Shown here piece after piece: positions 29,188-38,221 of a stretch of 64,000 nucleotides of DNA. Under the pieces are notes generated by a model, which saw nothing but the letters and a program-made list of their open reading frames with translations, searched no databases and was not told where the DNA came from. The position numbers and the translations under genes are program-made. The DNA comes from Candidatus Saccharicenans sp. (GTDB lineage: Bacteria > Acidobacteriota > Aminicenantia > Aminicenantales > Saccharicenantaceae): positions 4,128 through 68,127 of the forward strand of contig JBASPX010000078.1 of the NCBI GenBank assembly GCA_049659625.1, read 5' to 3'. Position 1 is the first letter of the stretch; each line of letters opens with the position of its first letter.

Positions 29188-29661
29188 TTGGGTGTCCATC
29201 AAACGATCAACCTTGATATCATTCAGGAAATCGTTGAGCGGCACGGTTACAGCAAGAACAAACTGATCGCCATCCTTCAGGATATTCAAGCTGTCTATCA
29301 TTACCTGCCGGCTGAGGCGCTCAAAACCCTGTCCAGATTGCTGAAAATTCCGCTGATCGACATCATCTCGGTAGCCACTTTTTACAGAGCTTTCAGTCTG
29401 ACTCCCAAGGGACGGCATGTGGCCACTGTCTGCATGGGAACTGCCTGTCACGTGCGCGGGGCTCCCAAGATTCTGGAGGAGTTCGAGCGCCAGCTGAACA
29501 TCCGACGTGGCGAGACTACTGAAGATGGCGAATGGTCGCTGGAAACCGTGGCCTGTCTTGGTTGCTGCGCCATCGGACCGGTGGTGGTGGTCGATGGCGA
29601 TTACCATGCGCACACCACCATCCGCAAAGTTCCGACGATTCTCAACAAATACCGAAAGTGA
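29188..29661 (+). CDS. NuoE/HoxE/HndA-like [2Fe-2S] thioredoxin-fold flavoprotein-complex subunit (24 kDa subunit family). TTG start.
   Basis: 157 aa. CMGTACHVRG ... CLGCCAIGP cysteine pattern. AAGGAGG RBS 6 nt upstream of TTG. Confidence 0.8.
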   Translation: MGVHQTINLDIIQEIVERHGYSKNKLIAILQDIQAVYHYLPAEALKTLSRLLKIPLIDIISVATFYRAFSLTPKGRHVATVCMGTACHVRGAPKILEEFERQLNIRRGETTEDGEWSLETVACLGCCAIGPVVVVDGDYHAHTTIRKVPTILNKYRK

Positions 29662-29669
29662 GGCCGGCC

Positions 29670-31574
29670 ATGCCAAAAATCAAGAAATTCAAAAATGTCG
29701 AACAACTCAGAAAGGAGATTGAAAAGCAGGAAGCCAGCCGCCAGCAGGAAAAAAAGAAAGTAATCGTGGTTTCCAACGGCACCTGCGGCCAGGCCCGCGG
29801 TTCTCTCAAGGTGATCGAGGCTCTGAAAAAATCCATCCGCCAGGAAGGGCTCAAGGAAAAGGTGGCCTTGAAGATCACCGGATGTCACGGCTTCTGCGAG
29901 GCCGAACCAAACATCATCATCTATCCGGATGGAATCTTCTACCAGAAACTCGCTCCCGCCGACATCAAAACAATTGTCAAAGAAACGCTGGTGGAGGGCA
30001 GGGTGGTGGAAAAATATCTCCACCGCGACCCGCTGACCAGAGAACGCGCCTGGTACGTCCATGAAATCCCCTTTTACCAGAAGCAGAAAAGAATCATCCT
30101 TGGCGATAACATCTTCGTGGACCCGACAAGCCTGAATGATTACCTGGCCATCGGCGGATTCCGGCCTTTCCTTAAAGCCCTGACCAGGATGAAACCGGAA
30201 GAGATCATTCAGACGGTGAAAGATTCCGGGCTGAGAGGTCGGGGTGGAGCTGGCTTTCCCACCGGCATTAAATGGGAAGCCACCAGAAAAGCCAGAGGCG
30301 AACCAAAGTACATAATCTGCAACGGAGACGAGGGCGACCCCGGAGCCTACATGGACCGCAGCGTGCTCGAGGGAAATCCCTTCCGCGTGCTCGAAGGGAT
30401 GATGATCGGCGCGCTGGCCATCGGTGCGCGTGAAGGATACGTTTATGTGCGCGACGAATATCCTCTGGCCGTGCGCCATGTGACCATGGCCATCGAAAGC
30501 CTCTATCAGGCAGGCCTGCTGGGAGAAAACATCCTGGGAACCGGTTTCAGCTTCGACCTCCACCTGACCAAAGGCGCTGGAGCCTTCGTTTGCGGCGAGG
30601 AAACGGCGCTGATCGCTTCGATCGAAGGTCGGGTTGGAGAACCCCGTCAGAGGCCTCCCTTCCCGGCCCAGCGCGGTTTGTGGAACAGGCCGACCTGCAT
30701 CAACAACGTTGAGACCTGGGCCAACGTCCCGCTGATAATCCTCAACGGCGCTGATTGGTTTTCAAGCATCGGAACGAGCGGCAGCAAGGGGACAAAGATC
30801 TTTTCTCTTGTCGGCAAGATCAACAACACCGGCCTGGTAGAAGTCCCGATGGGTATAACCCTGAGAGAAATAATCTATGACATCGGAGGAGGCATTCCCG
30901 ACGGAAAAGCTTTCAAAGCCGTCCAGACCGGAGGTCCTTCGGGCGGCTGCCTGCCGGCTTCGATGCTGGATCTGCCGATTGACTACGAATCGCTGACTTC
31001 GGCCGGTTCGATCATGGGTTCTGGCGGCATGATCGTCATGGATGAGAAAACCTGCATGGTGGACGTGGCGAAATACTTCCTGAACTTCCTCAGAGATGAA
31101 AGCTGCGGCAAATGCATTTCCTGCCGCGAAGGAACCCAGAGAATGTGGGAAATCGTCAGCGACATCACCGAGGGCAAAGGAAAACCCGGGGATCTCGAAC
31201 TTCTGGAAGAACTGGCGATGGCCACGAAGGAAGCTTCGATGTGCGGACTCGGACAGACCGCGGCCAACCCGGTTCTTTCCACTCTGAGATATTTCCGCGA
31301 CGAATACGAAGCCCACATCTACGAGAAGCGCTGTCCGGCCGGTGTCTGCAAAACGCTTATCCGCTATGTGGTCATTGCGGAAAAATGCACCGGTTGCGAG
31401 GCCTGCAAGAGAGCCTGTCCCACCGGCGCCATCCAGGGTACCAGAAAAGAAGTTCACCTTATCCTCTACGACAAATGCATCAAGTGCGGCGCCTGCCTGG
31501 AAGCCTGTCACTTTGAGGCGATCGAAGCCCAGAGAGACCCGGCCATCGTCGTCGATCAGGAGGTGAAACCATGA
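29670..31574 (+). CDS. NuoF/HydB/HndC-like NAD(H)-binding FMN flavoprotein with N-terminal [2Fe-2S] thioredoxin-like domain and C-terminal 2x[4Fe-4S]
   Basis: ATG at 29670, just after the nuoE-like stop. GGAGFPTGIKWE FMN/NADH motif, SLBB domain, CxxCxxCxxxCP x2 at the C-terminus. The track ORF from 29532 is an upstream extension overlapping nuoE. Confidence 0.85.
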   Translation: MPKIKKFKNVEQLRKEIEKQEASRQQEKKKVIVVSNGTCGQARGSLKVIEALKKSIRQEGLKEKVALKITGCHGFCEAEPNIIIYPDGIFYQKLAPADIKTIVKETLVEGRVVEKYLHRDPLTRERAWYVHEIPFYQKQKRIILGDNIFVDPTSLNDYLAIGGFRPFLKALTRMKPEEIIQTVKDSGLRGRGGAGFPTGIKWEATRKARGEPKYIICNGDEGDPGAYMDRSVLEGNPFRVLEGMMIGALAIGAREGYVYVRDEYPLAVRHVTMAIESLYQAGLLGENILGTGFSFDLHLTKGAGAFVCGEETALIASIEGRVGEPRQRPPFPAQRGLWNRPTCINNVETWANVPLIILNGADWFSSIGTSGSKGTKIFSLVGKINNTGLVEVPMGITLREIIYDIGGGIPDGKAFKAVQTGGPSGGCLPASMLDLPIDYESLTSAGSIMGSGGMIVMDEKTCMVDVAKYFLNFLRDESCGKCISCREGTQRMWEIVSDITEGKGKPGDLELLEELAMATKEASMCGLGQTAANPVLSTLRYFRDEYEAHIYEKRCPAGVCKTLIRYVVIAEKCTGCEACKRACPTGAIQGTRKEVHLILYDKCIKCGACLEACHFEAIEAQRDPAIVVDQEVKP

Positions 31575-32254
31575 TCACCCTGAAAATTAACGGTGTGGAA
31601 GTCAAGGCAGAGGAAGGCTGGACCATACTCGATACGGCGAAGTTTTACGGACTGGAGATTCCCACCCTCTGCCATCATGAAGGGTTGACTCCTTACGGCG
31701 CCTGCCGCCTCTGCCTGGTGGAAATAGGAGAGGGCCCGAAAGCCAAACTGGTTTCCTCCTGCACCTACCCGGCCGAAGAAGGTCTGGTGGTGCACACCGA
31801 TACCAGAAGAGTGATTCAGGCCCGCCGGATGATGATAGAGTTGATGCTGTCTGTTGCCCCCTACTCGAAGGTCATCCAGGATCTGGCTTCTAAATTCGGC
31901 GTCACCCGGATGCGTTTCAAGATTCGCAACGAAGAATGCATCCTGTGCGGGCTGTGCGTCAGAATGTGCGCGGAACAGATGGACGGCAGGGCCATCGGCT
32001 TTCAGAAAAGGGGTTTTCAGAGGAAAATCTCCACGCCTTTTGATATCCGCTCGGAAGAATGCCGGTTGTGCGGAGGCTGCATTTACATCTGCCCGGCCTG
32101 TCAGCTCAGGTGCCAGGGACCTCAGGCCGAAACCGCCATCTGCAACGCCTGTCTGACGATGGAACCGACCTGTCTGGATTTTTACGATGAACTTCAGTGC
32201 TGGATGTACGATGCCGGTCGCTGCGGCACCTGCGTCCGGGAGAAAAAACAATGA
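31571..32254 (+). CDS. Small iron-sulfur protein resembling the N-terminus of NuoG/[FeFe]-hydrogenase HydA ([2Fe-2S] plus 2x[4Fe-4S])
   Basis: 227 aa. MITLKINGVEV...CHHEGL...GACRLCLVE (plant-type 2Fe-2S) then CILCGLCVRMC and CRLCGGCIYICP. 4-nt overlap with the upstream gene. Confidence 0.7.
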   Translation: MITLKINGVEVKAEEGWTILDTAKFYGLEIPTLCHHEGLTPYGACRLCLVEIGEGPKAKLVSSCTYPAEEGLVVHTDTRRVIQARRMMIELMLSVAPYSKVIQDLASKFGVTRMRFKIRNEECILCGLCVRMCAEQMDGRAIGFQKRGFQRKISTPFDIRSEECRLCGGCIYICPACQLRCQGPQAETAICNACLTMEPTCLDFYDELQCWMYDAGRCGTCVREKKQ

Positions 32255-32305
32255 TTTTAAGCATAAATCAAACAAATCTAACTCGAGGAAAAAGGAGGTA
32301 AAAAA

Positions 32306-33883
32306 ATGACCTTTACAAAAATCAACAGGAGCGCCGCCACTTTAACCAAAAATAGAACGGAAGGGTCAATCAGCCCCTTCAGCGGCATGTGTGTAACCTG
32401 CGTTGACGGCTGCATCGGCATGTGCGAAATCGGAAAGTCTGCCTACCGGGGAACTGAAGTCCTCTATCCGCAGCCTTTCGGGCTGATCACCGCTGCCTGC
32501 GAGAAGGATTACCCGGTAGACCTTTCGCATTTTAACATCATGGGCACGGCAGCCGGAGCCTGGGGAGTTCCGGCCGACAGCGACCTGGCCACCTTTGAGA
32601 AGGTGACCATTGAGACCGCTATCGGCCATGACAGAGGAATCAAACTCCGGGTGCCGTTTATCATCTCCGGTATGGGCTCGACCAACGTGGCCAAACAGAA
32701 CTGGGCCGGGCTGGCCGTGGGAGCCGCTATTTCCGGAACGATCCTGACCGTCGGAGAGAATGTCTGCGGTATGGATGACGAAGCAGAAATAAGAAACGGC
32801 CGGATCGTTCGCTCCCCTGATATGGAGATGAGAGTTAAGACCTTTCAGAACTGGTATGACGGATACGGAACGGTGGTGGTCCAGGCCAACGTCGAGGACA
32901 CCCGGCTCGGAGTGCATGAATACGTCATCGAAAAGCTCGGTGTGACCGCTGTCGAACTCAAATGGGGCCAGGGAGCCAAGGACATCGGCGGCGAGGTGAA
33001 AATCAAGTCGCTCAAGAAAGCTCAGGAGCTCAAACGAAGGGGTTATATCGTGCTTCCCGACCCGGAAGACCCGCTGGTGATTCAGGCCTTCGAGAAAGGA
33101 AGCTTCAAAGAATTCGAGCGCCACAGCCGTCTCGGCATGGTCGAAGAAGAAGCCTTTATGAAGAGAGTGGAAGAATTGAGAAAAGCCGGAGCTAAATACA
33201 TCTTCCTCAAAACTGGCGCCTACCGGCCGGCTGACCTGGCCAGAGCTGTGAAATATGCTTCAAAAGCCCGGATCGACCTGCTGACAGTTGACGGCGCCGG
33301 CGGCGGAACCGGCATGAGCCCCTGGAGAATGATGAACGAGTGGGGAATTCCCGGGGTGGAAATCTGGTCGCTCACTTATAAATATGCCGAACACCTGGCG
33401 AGCAAGGGAGAATACGTTCCGGACATCGCCTTCGCCGGAGGCATCCCCTTCGAAGACCAGATTTTCAAGGCACTGGCTCTCGGCGCCCCTTACACCAAGG
33501 TGGTCGGAATGGCCCGTTCTCCTCTGGCCGCGGCCATGGTTGGCAAAACCATCGGCAGCCGGATCAAAGACGGCCAGATTCCCGTTTATGTCGAAAGATT
33601 CGGCAATACCGTGGAAGAAATCTTCATCACCGCTCCGGAACTCAAAAAGAGGTTCGGCGAAAAATTTAACGAGATCCCGACCGGGGCCATCGGCGTTTAT
33701 ACCTATTTCAAGCGCCTGAGCCAGGGTTTGCGGCAGCTGATGGCTGGAGCTCGCAAGTTCTCGCTCGGATACATAACCAGAGACGATATCGGCGCTCTGA
33801 CCATGGAAGCAGCCAGGGTAAGCGGCATCAAGTACATTCAGGACATCGACCGGGAAGAGGTGGAAAAAATTCTAAACTCCTGA
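32306..33883 (+). CDS. Glutamate synthase large-subunit FMN-domain (GltB domain 2)-like oxidoreductase with N-terminal Cys cluster
   Basis: 525 aa. N-terminal CVTCVDGCIGMC. TIM-barrel FMN-domain patterns (LKWGQGAKDIGGE; LLTVDGAGGGTGMSP). Confidence 0.75.
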   Translation: MTFTKINRSAATLTKNRTEGSISPFSGMCVTCVDGCIGMCEIGKSAYRGTEVLYPQPFGLITAACEKDYPVDLSHFNIMGTAAGAWGVPADSDLATFEKVTIETAIGHDRGIKLRVPFIISGMGSTNVAKQNWAGLAVGAAISGTILTVGENVCGMDDEAEIRNGRIVRSPDMEMRVKTFQNWYDGYGTVVVQANVEDTRLGVHEYVIEKLGVTAVELKWGQGAKDIGGEVKIKSLKKAQELKRRGYIVLPDPEDPLVIQAFEKGSFKEFERHSRLGMVEEEAFMKRVEELRKAGAKYIFLKTGAYRPADLARAVKYASKARIDLLTVDGAGGGTGMSPWRMMNEWGIPGVEIWSLTYKYAEHLASKGEYVPDIAFAGGIPFEDQIFKALALGAPYTKVVGMARSPLAAAMVGKTIGSRIKDGQIPVYVERFGNTVEEIFITAPELKKRFGEKFNEIPTGAIGVYTYFKRLSQGLRQLMAGARKFSLGYITRDDIGALTMEAARVSGIKYIQDIDREEVEKILNS

Positions 33884-33913
33884 TAGGCCCCCTCACCGAT
33901 TAACCATAAGGCC

Positions 33914-33947
33914 GGGCCTGACCCGTGCGGTCAGGCCCATTTTTTTT
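33914..33947 (+). terminator. Rho-independent terminator after the gltB-like gene
   Basis: GGGCCTGACC-cgtgc-GGTCAGGCCC perfect 10-bp stem followed by ATTTTTTTT. Confidence 0.75.
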
Positions 33948-34055
33948 GGACCAGCTTCGTCTAAAATACTTTCAGCCTTCGCCTTCAGCTGTCAATTGAC
34001 TCCTGGGCATAGACTAACCCCGGTTCTTATGGTATAAGAAAATGACCTGAAAAAA

Positions 34056-34730
34056 ATGATAACGACTGTAATTAGCCTTTTTATTCTGCTTTTTGCCATC
34101 ACCATTCATGAAGCCGCACACGGCTGGGCCGCCTCGCGTCTTGGTGACCCGACAGCCAGGCTGGCCGGACGGGTAACCCTGAATCCTTTAGCCCATATTG
34201 ACCCGTTCGGAACCATCATACTGCCGATTCTTCTGGGAATCATCGGAGCTCCGGTTTTTGGCTGGGCGAAACCGGTTCCGGTAAACCCCCTTTTCCTCCG
34301 CCATCCGAGAAAGGACGGTTTCTGGATTTCCTTAGCCGGGCCGGCAGCAAACATCCTGGCCGCCACCGGGGCGCTGATAATCATTGTCATACTGAAACTC
34401 ATCAGCCCGGTGACCACCACCGCTCTCTACAATTTTCTCACTTCTCGCGGAAGTCTGCCGCCCGGGCTGCAGCCGCTTCAGGGTTTGATTATCATCCTGT
34501 TTTACATGGTTCTGATAAACACTTATCTGGTAGCTTTCAACCTGATCCCGATGTATCCACTCGACGGCAGCGGAGTTCTGGAAGGTCTGCTTCCCGAGCG
34601 TCTGGCCCTGATGTATTCCCGTCTGCGGCCATTTGGTTTTCTGATCGTCATCATCTTGATTTCTGTCGGTTTTCTTGAAGTGATCGTAAGACCTTTACAA
34701 TATTTAATTCTTGCCATAATCTTTTTTTGA
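34056..34730 (+). CDS. Site-2 protease family (M50) membrane metalloprotease
   Basis: 224 aa, multi-TM. ITIHEAAHGWAA HExxH motif. Confidence 0.7.
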   Translation: MITTVISLFILLFAITIHEAAHGWAASRLGDPTARLAGRVTLNPLAHIDPFGTIILPILLGIIGAPVFGWAKPVPVNPLFLRHPRKDGFWISLAGPAANILAATGALIIIVILKLISPVTTTALYNFLTSRGSLPPGLQPLQGLIIILFYMVLINTYLVAFNLIPMYPLDGSGVLEGLLPERLALMYSRLRPFGFLIVIILISVGFLEVIVRPLQYLILAIIFF

Positions 34731-34741
34731 GCTGAGAAGCC

Positions 34742-35770
34742 ATGAGTCAAAAGGGTAAAAAAACAGTTCTGAGCGGGATGAGGCCAACAGGACCTCTGCA
34801 TCTCGGAAACTACGTCGGAGCCCTTCGCGGCTGGGTGAGGCTTCAGGACACTCACCGCTGCTTTTTTACCATCGTCCCCTGGCACGCTCTGAGTTCAGAA
34901 TACCAGAACCCGAAAGTCATCCGGGAATATACGTTTGAGGTGGCGCTTGACTGGCTGGCGGCAGGACTGGATCCCGAAAAGTCCGTCCTTTTCATCCAGT
35001 CGGAAGTGAAGGAGCATGCGGAACTGCATCTTCTTCTTTCGATGATTACCCCGCTCCCCTGGCTGGAAAGAGTTCCAACTTTCAAGGAACAGCAGCAGGA
35101 AATCGCCGACCGGGAACTAAACACTTACGGCTTTCTCGGATATCCTCTGCTCCAGACGGCTGACATCATCATTTACAAAGCCGAAGTTGTCCCGGTGGGC
35201 GAAGACCAGGCTTTCCACATAGAGCTCGCCCGGGAAATAGTTCGCCGGTTCAACCGCTTCTACGGTGAAATCTTTCCTGAACCGCAGATGCTGCTGACGG
35301 AAGTGCCGAAGCTGGCCGGAACGGACGGCCGGAAGATGAGCAAATCATACGGTAACGCCATATATCTTAAAGATTCCCCGGAAACCATCAGGCAGAAGAT
35401 TGCTCCTATGGTCACCGACACAAGAAGAAAGAGACGGACAGACCCTGGAGAACCCAACGACTGCCCTGTGTTTACCCTTCATAAAGCTTTCGTGCCTGAG
35501 GCTAAAAGAGAAGAGCTGGCCGCCGGCTGCCGGACGGCCTCCATCGGCTGCCTGGACTGCAAAAAAGTGGTGATAGAGGCCCTGATTGAGGAATTTGCTG
35601 GCTTCCGCGAAAAAAGAGCCTATTACGAAAAGAATCCCGACCTGGTGTGGGAAATATTTGATGAAGGAAATAAAAAAGCCAGAGAAGTTGCCGCCAGGAC
35701 CATGGCTGAAGTGAGAGAAGCCATGGGGCTGGTGTTTCCCGGCGGGAAATCATCCCGGGGTAAGGTGTGA
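34742..35770 (+). CDS. trpS: Tryptophan--tRNA ligase
   Basis: 342 aa. HLGNYVG (HIGH-like) and KMSKS motifs. Confidence 0.9.
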   Translation: MSQKGKKTVLSGMRPTGPLHLGNYVGALRGWVRLQDTHRCFFTIVPWHALSSEYQNPKVIREYTFEVALDWLAAGLDPEKSVLFIQSEVKEHAELHLLLSMITPLPWLERVPTFKEQQQEIADRELNTYGFLGYPLLQTADIIIYKAEVVPVGEDQAFHIELAREIVRRFNRFYGEIFPEPQMLLTEVPKLAGTDGRKMSKSYGNAIYLKDSPETIRQKIAPMVTDTRRKRRTDPGEPNDCPVFTLHKAFVPEAKREELAAGCRTASIGCLDCKKVVIEALIEEFAGFREKRAYYEKNPDLVWEIFDEGNKKAREVAARTMAEVREAMGLVFPGGKSSRGKV

Positions 35771-36573
35771 TGGAGCAGGAACTGCAGGAGCCCGTTGAAA
35801 GCCAGCTTACGGAGGAATCCTGGTCCGGTTCTTCCGACGGCTATCAGGTGAAGCTGGAAATCTTCGAAGGTCCGCTTGACCTTCTGCTTTATTTAATCCG
35901 CAAGAAAAAGATTGACATACACGACATTCCCATCGCTGTCATCACCCGCGATTATCTTGAATACTTAGAAAAAAAAGACCGCATCAACCTTGACCGGGAA
36001 GCTGAATTTCTGCTGATCGCCGCTCTCCTGATATACATTAAATCCCAGATGCTGCTGCCGCGAGAACAGGAAGCAGCCCAGTCCGACGACCCGCGTCAGA
36101 TACTGGTGGACCGGCTGCTGGAATACCAGAAGGTCAAAATTGCCTGCAATTTCCTGCGGGAAAAGGAAGAGGATCAACTTCTGCGCTGGCGCCGCACCTT
36201 TCTGCCGCCGATAGCCAGACCGGAAGAAGCTGAGCTTCTGGATGTCAGCCTGTTTGACCTGGCCGAAACTTTCTTCCTGCTGATGAAGAGGCGGGAAAAA
36301 GAAAACCTGCGTATCATCAAAGGCAAAGATGTTTCGGTCGAAGAAAAAATGAAAGAGATGATCGATTACCTTGAAAACAACGGCTCGATGGATTTTCTGG
36401 AATACTTCTCCGCTCAGGAAACACTGGAAGAAGCGCTCGTTTCCTTCTTCTGTCTGCTGGAGCTGGTGAAAAACCATCTGGTCATAGCCATTCAGGAACA
36501 GCTGTTTCAGACGATCCGGGTCTGGTTGAGAAAACCGCGATCACATCATCAACATGGACACAGCCATGAATGA
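35767..36573 (+). CDS. scpA: Segregation and condensation protein A
   Basis: 268 aa. FEGPLDLLLYLIRKKKIDIHDIPIAVITRDYLEYL ScpA signature. 4-nt overlap with trpS. Confidence 0.8.
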   Translation: MMEQELQEPVESQLTEESWSGSSDGYQVKLEIFEGPLDLLLYLIRKKKIDIHDIPIAVITRDYLEYLEKKDRINLDREAEFLLIAALLIYIKSQMLLPREQEAAQSDDPRQILVDRLLEYQKVKIACNFLREKEEDQLLRWRRTFLPPIARPEEAELLDVSLFDLAETFFLLMKRREKENLRIIKGKDVSVEEKMKEMIDYLENNGSMDFLEYFSAQETLEEALVSFFCLLELVKNHLVIAIQEQLFQTIRVWLRKPRSHHQHGHSHE

Positions 36574-37114
36574 ACAGTTAAAAGCGATACTCGAAGCTCT
36601 GATTTTCATTTCTCAGGAACCTATAACTCTGGAAAAAATAAAAGAAATCCTGGGTGAGGTGCCGGAAGATGAACTGCAGGAATGCCTGAAATCGCTCATT
36701 GAAGGGTTCAGCGCAGCTCACCACGGCATTCAGATCATCCAGTCCGGAGGCGGATACCTTTTCACCACGAAACCCGAGCATGATCAGTGGGTCCGGAAAC
36801 TCCTGCAGATTGAAAAGAAGAGCAAACTCTCCTCGGCTGCTCTGGAAACTCTGAGCATCATAGCCTACCACCAGCCGATTACCCAGGCTGAAATTTCAGC
36901 CATCCGCGGAGTTGATTCGGCTTACTGCATCAAAACTCTGTTGCAGAAAAAGTTGATCAAAATTGTCGGCCGGAAGAAGGCGCCAGGCAATCCGCTGGTT
37001 TACCGCACGAGCGAGAAATTTCTTCAGTATTTCGGGCTGAACAGCCTGGACGATTTGCCGAAAGAAGAGGAAATTGCTAAAATCCTCGAAGAAGAAAAGC
37101 AATCGGTATCCTGA
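36554..37114 (+). CDS. scpB: Segregation and condensation protein B
   Basis: 186 aa. LKAILEALIFISQEPITLEKI ScpB N-terminus. Alternative start at 36566. Confidence 0.8.
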   Translation: MDTAMNEQLKAILEALIFISQEPITLEKIKEILGEVPEDELQECLKSLIEGFSAAHHGIQIIQSGGGYLFTTKPEHDQWVRKLLQIEKKSKLSSAALETLSIIAYHQPITQAEISAIRGVDSAYCIKTLLQKKLIKIVGRKKAPGNPLVYRTSEKFLQYFGLNSLDDLPKEEEIAKILEEEKQSVS

Positions 37115-37289
37115 TTTTAAATCATAAACGGCCGGCGCGGGTGAGAAAAGATTCTGAAAAAAGCAGGAAAAGCAGAATCTGAGGAATTGAAAACAGGCCG
37201 GCACCGGAACATCCAGGCAGTTAAACCTGACAACCCTGGAACGAGCTCCAGCCAGCAGTTTGAACTGGCTCTAAGTAAAGATTTTACCT

Positions 37290-37318
37290 ATATTTAGGGT
37301 TGACAAAGCGTGTGGAGT
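37290..37318 (+). promoter_or_regulatory. Candidate sigma-70 promoter (TTGACA ... TATAGT/TAGTAT) for ispH-rpsA
   Basis: gggttgacaaagcgtgtggagttctatagtatt lies 35-60 nt upstream of the IspH start at 37354. This makes the track ORF start at 37300 unlikely. Confidence 0.4.
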
Positions 37319-37353
37319 TCTATAGTATTAAAAGCTATTCTTCGATACATTCA

Positions 37354-38202
37354 ATGGAAATAATCGTAGCCAGAAACAGCGGATTTTGTTATGGAGTAAA
37401 AAGAGCCCTGAAGCTGGCCTTAAAAACTGGAAAGAATTCCCGGGTAAGAGTCTTCAGCTGGGGCGAAATAATCCATAACCCGGAAGTCATTGCTGACCTG
37501 AAGAATAAGGGAATAGAAGTGGCAAATTCTTTGAGACAGCTGCGTCCCGGGGACACCGTCATCATCCGGAGCCATGGAGTATCTCCGGCTGTGCTTAAAT
37601 CTCTCAAAGTTAAGAAGGTAAAAATCGTCGACGCTACCTGCCCGATTGTGAAGAATATACAGAAAACAGTTGAACGTCTCAGTCGCCAGCGTCGGGAAAT
37701 CGTCATCGTCGGCAACAGGAACCATCCTGAAATCCAGGGACTGCTCGGTTACAGCCGGGGAAAAGCGGTGGTGGTGGAAAACGAGGAACAGGCGCTGGCT
37801 CTGCCCTTCAGAAAAAAGAGAGCGGTTCTGGCACAATCCACTCAGGACGAGCAGCTTTTCGGACAGGTGGTGGGCATTCTGGCCGGAAAAACAGAAGAAC
37901 TTCTGGTATACAACACCATATGTCAGTCTACCCGCGTTCGCCAGAAAGCTACCGCTGAGCTGGCCGGACAGGTTCAGGCACTGCTGATCATCGGCGGGCG
38001 CAACAGTTCCAACACCAGCAAACTCTATCAAATTTCCCGCCGCCTTCTGCCCAGAACCTATCTGATAGAAAGGCCTGAGGAAATAACCCCTGAAATGCTT
38101 CAGGGAGTCAATAAAATCGGCATATCGGGAGGAGCTTCCACTCCGCCCGAAGTTATCCAAAAAACTGTTTTGGCTATCAGGAATAGCTTCAAACAGAATT
38201 AA
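37354..38202 (+). CDS. ispH: 4-hydroxy-3-methylbut-2-enyl diphosphate reductase
   Basis: MEIIVARNSGFCYGVKRAL... with conserved Cys and LytB patterns. Confidence 0.85.
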   Translation: MEIIVARNSGFCYGVKRALKLALKTGKNSRVRVFSWGEIIHNPEVIADLKNKGIEVANSLRQLRPGDTVIIRSHGVSPAVLKSLKVKKVKIVDATCPIVKNIQKTVERLSRQRREIVIVGNRNHPEIQGLLGYSRGKAVVVENEEQALALPFRKKRAVLAQSTQDEQLFGQVVGILAGKTEELLVYNTICQSTRVRQKATAELAGQVQALLIIGGRNSSNTSKLYQISRRLLPRTYLIERPEEITPEMLQGVNKIGISGGASTPPEVIQKTVLAIRNSFKQN

Positions 38203-38221
38203 AATCAGGAGAAGGTGACCC

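Noticed and set aside
29532-29669. Upstream extension of the nuoF-like ORF (track start 29532) and similar 5' extensions at 20685 (response regulator), 48013 (M14), 44685 (aminopeptidase), 37300 (ispH) and 51741
   Set aside because: The extensions overlap the preceding gene or a promoter and lack an RBS. Internal ATG or TTG starts with SD boxes and N-termini typical of their families were preferred.
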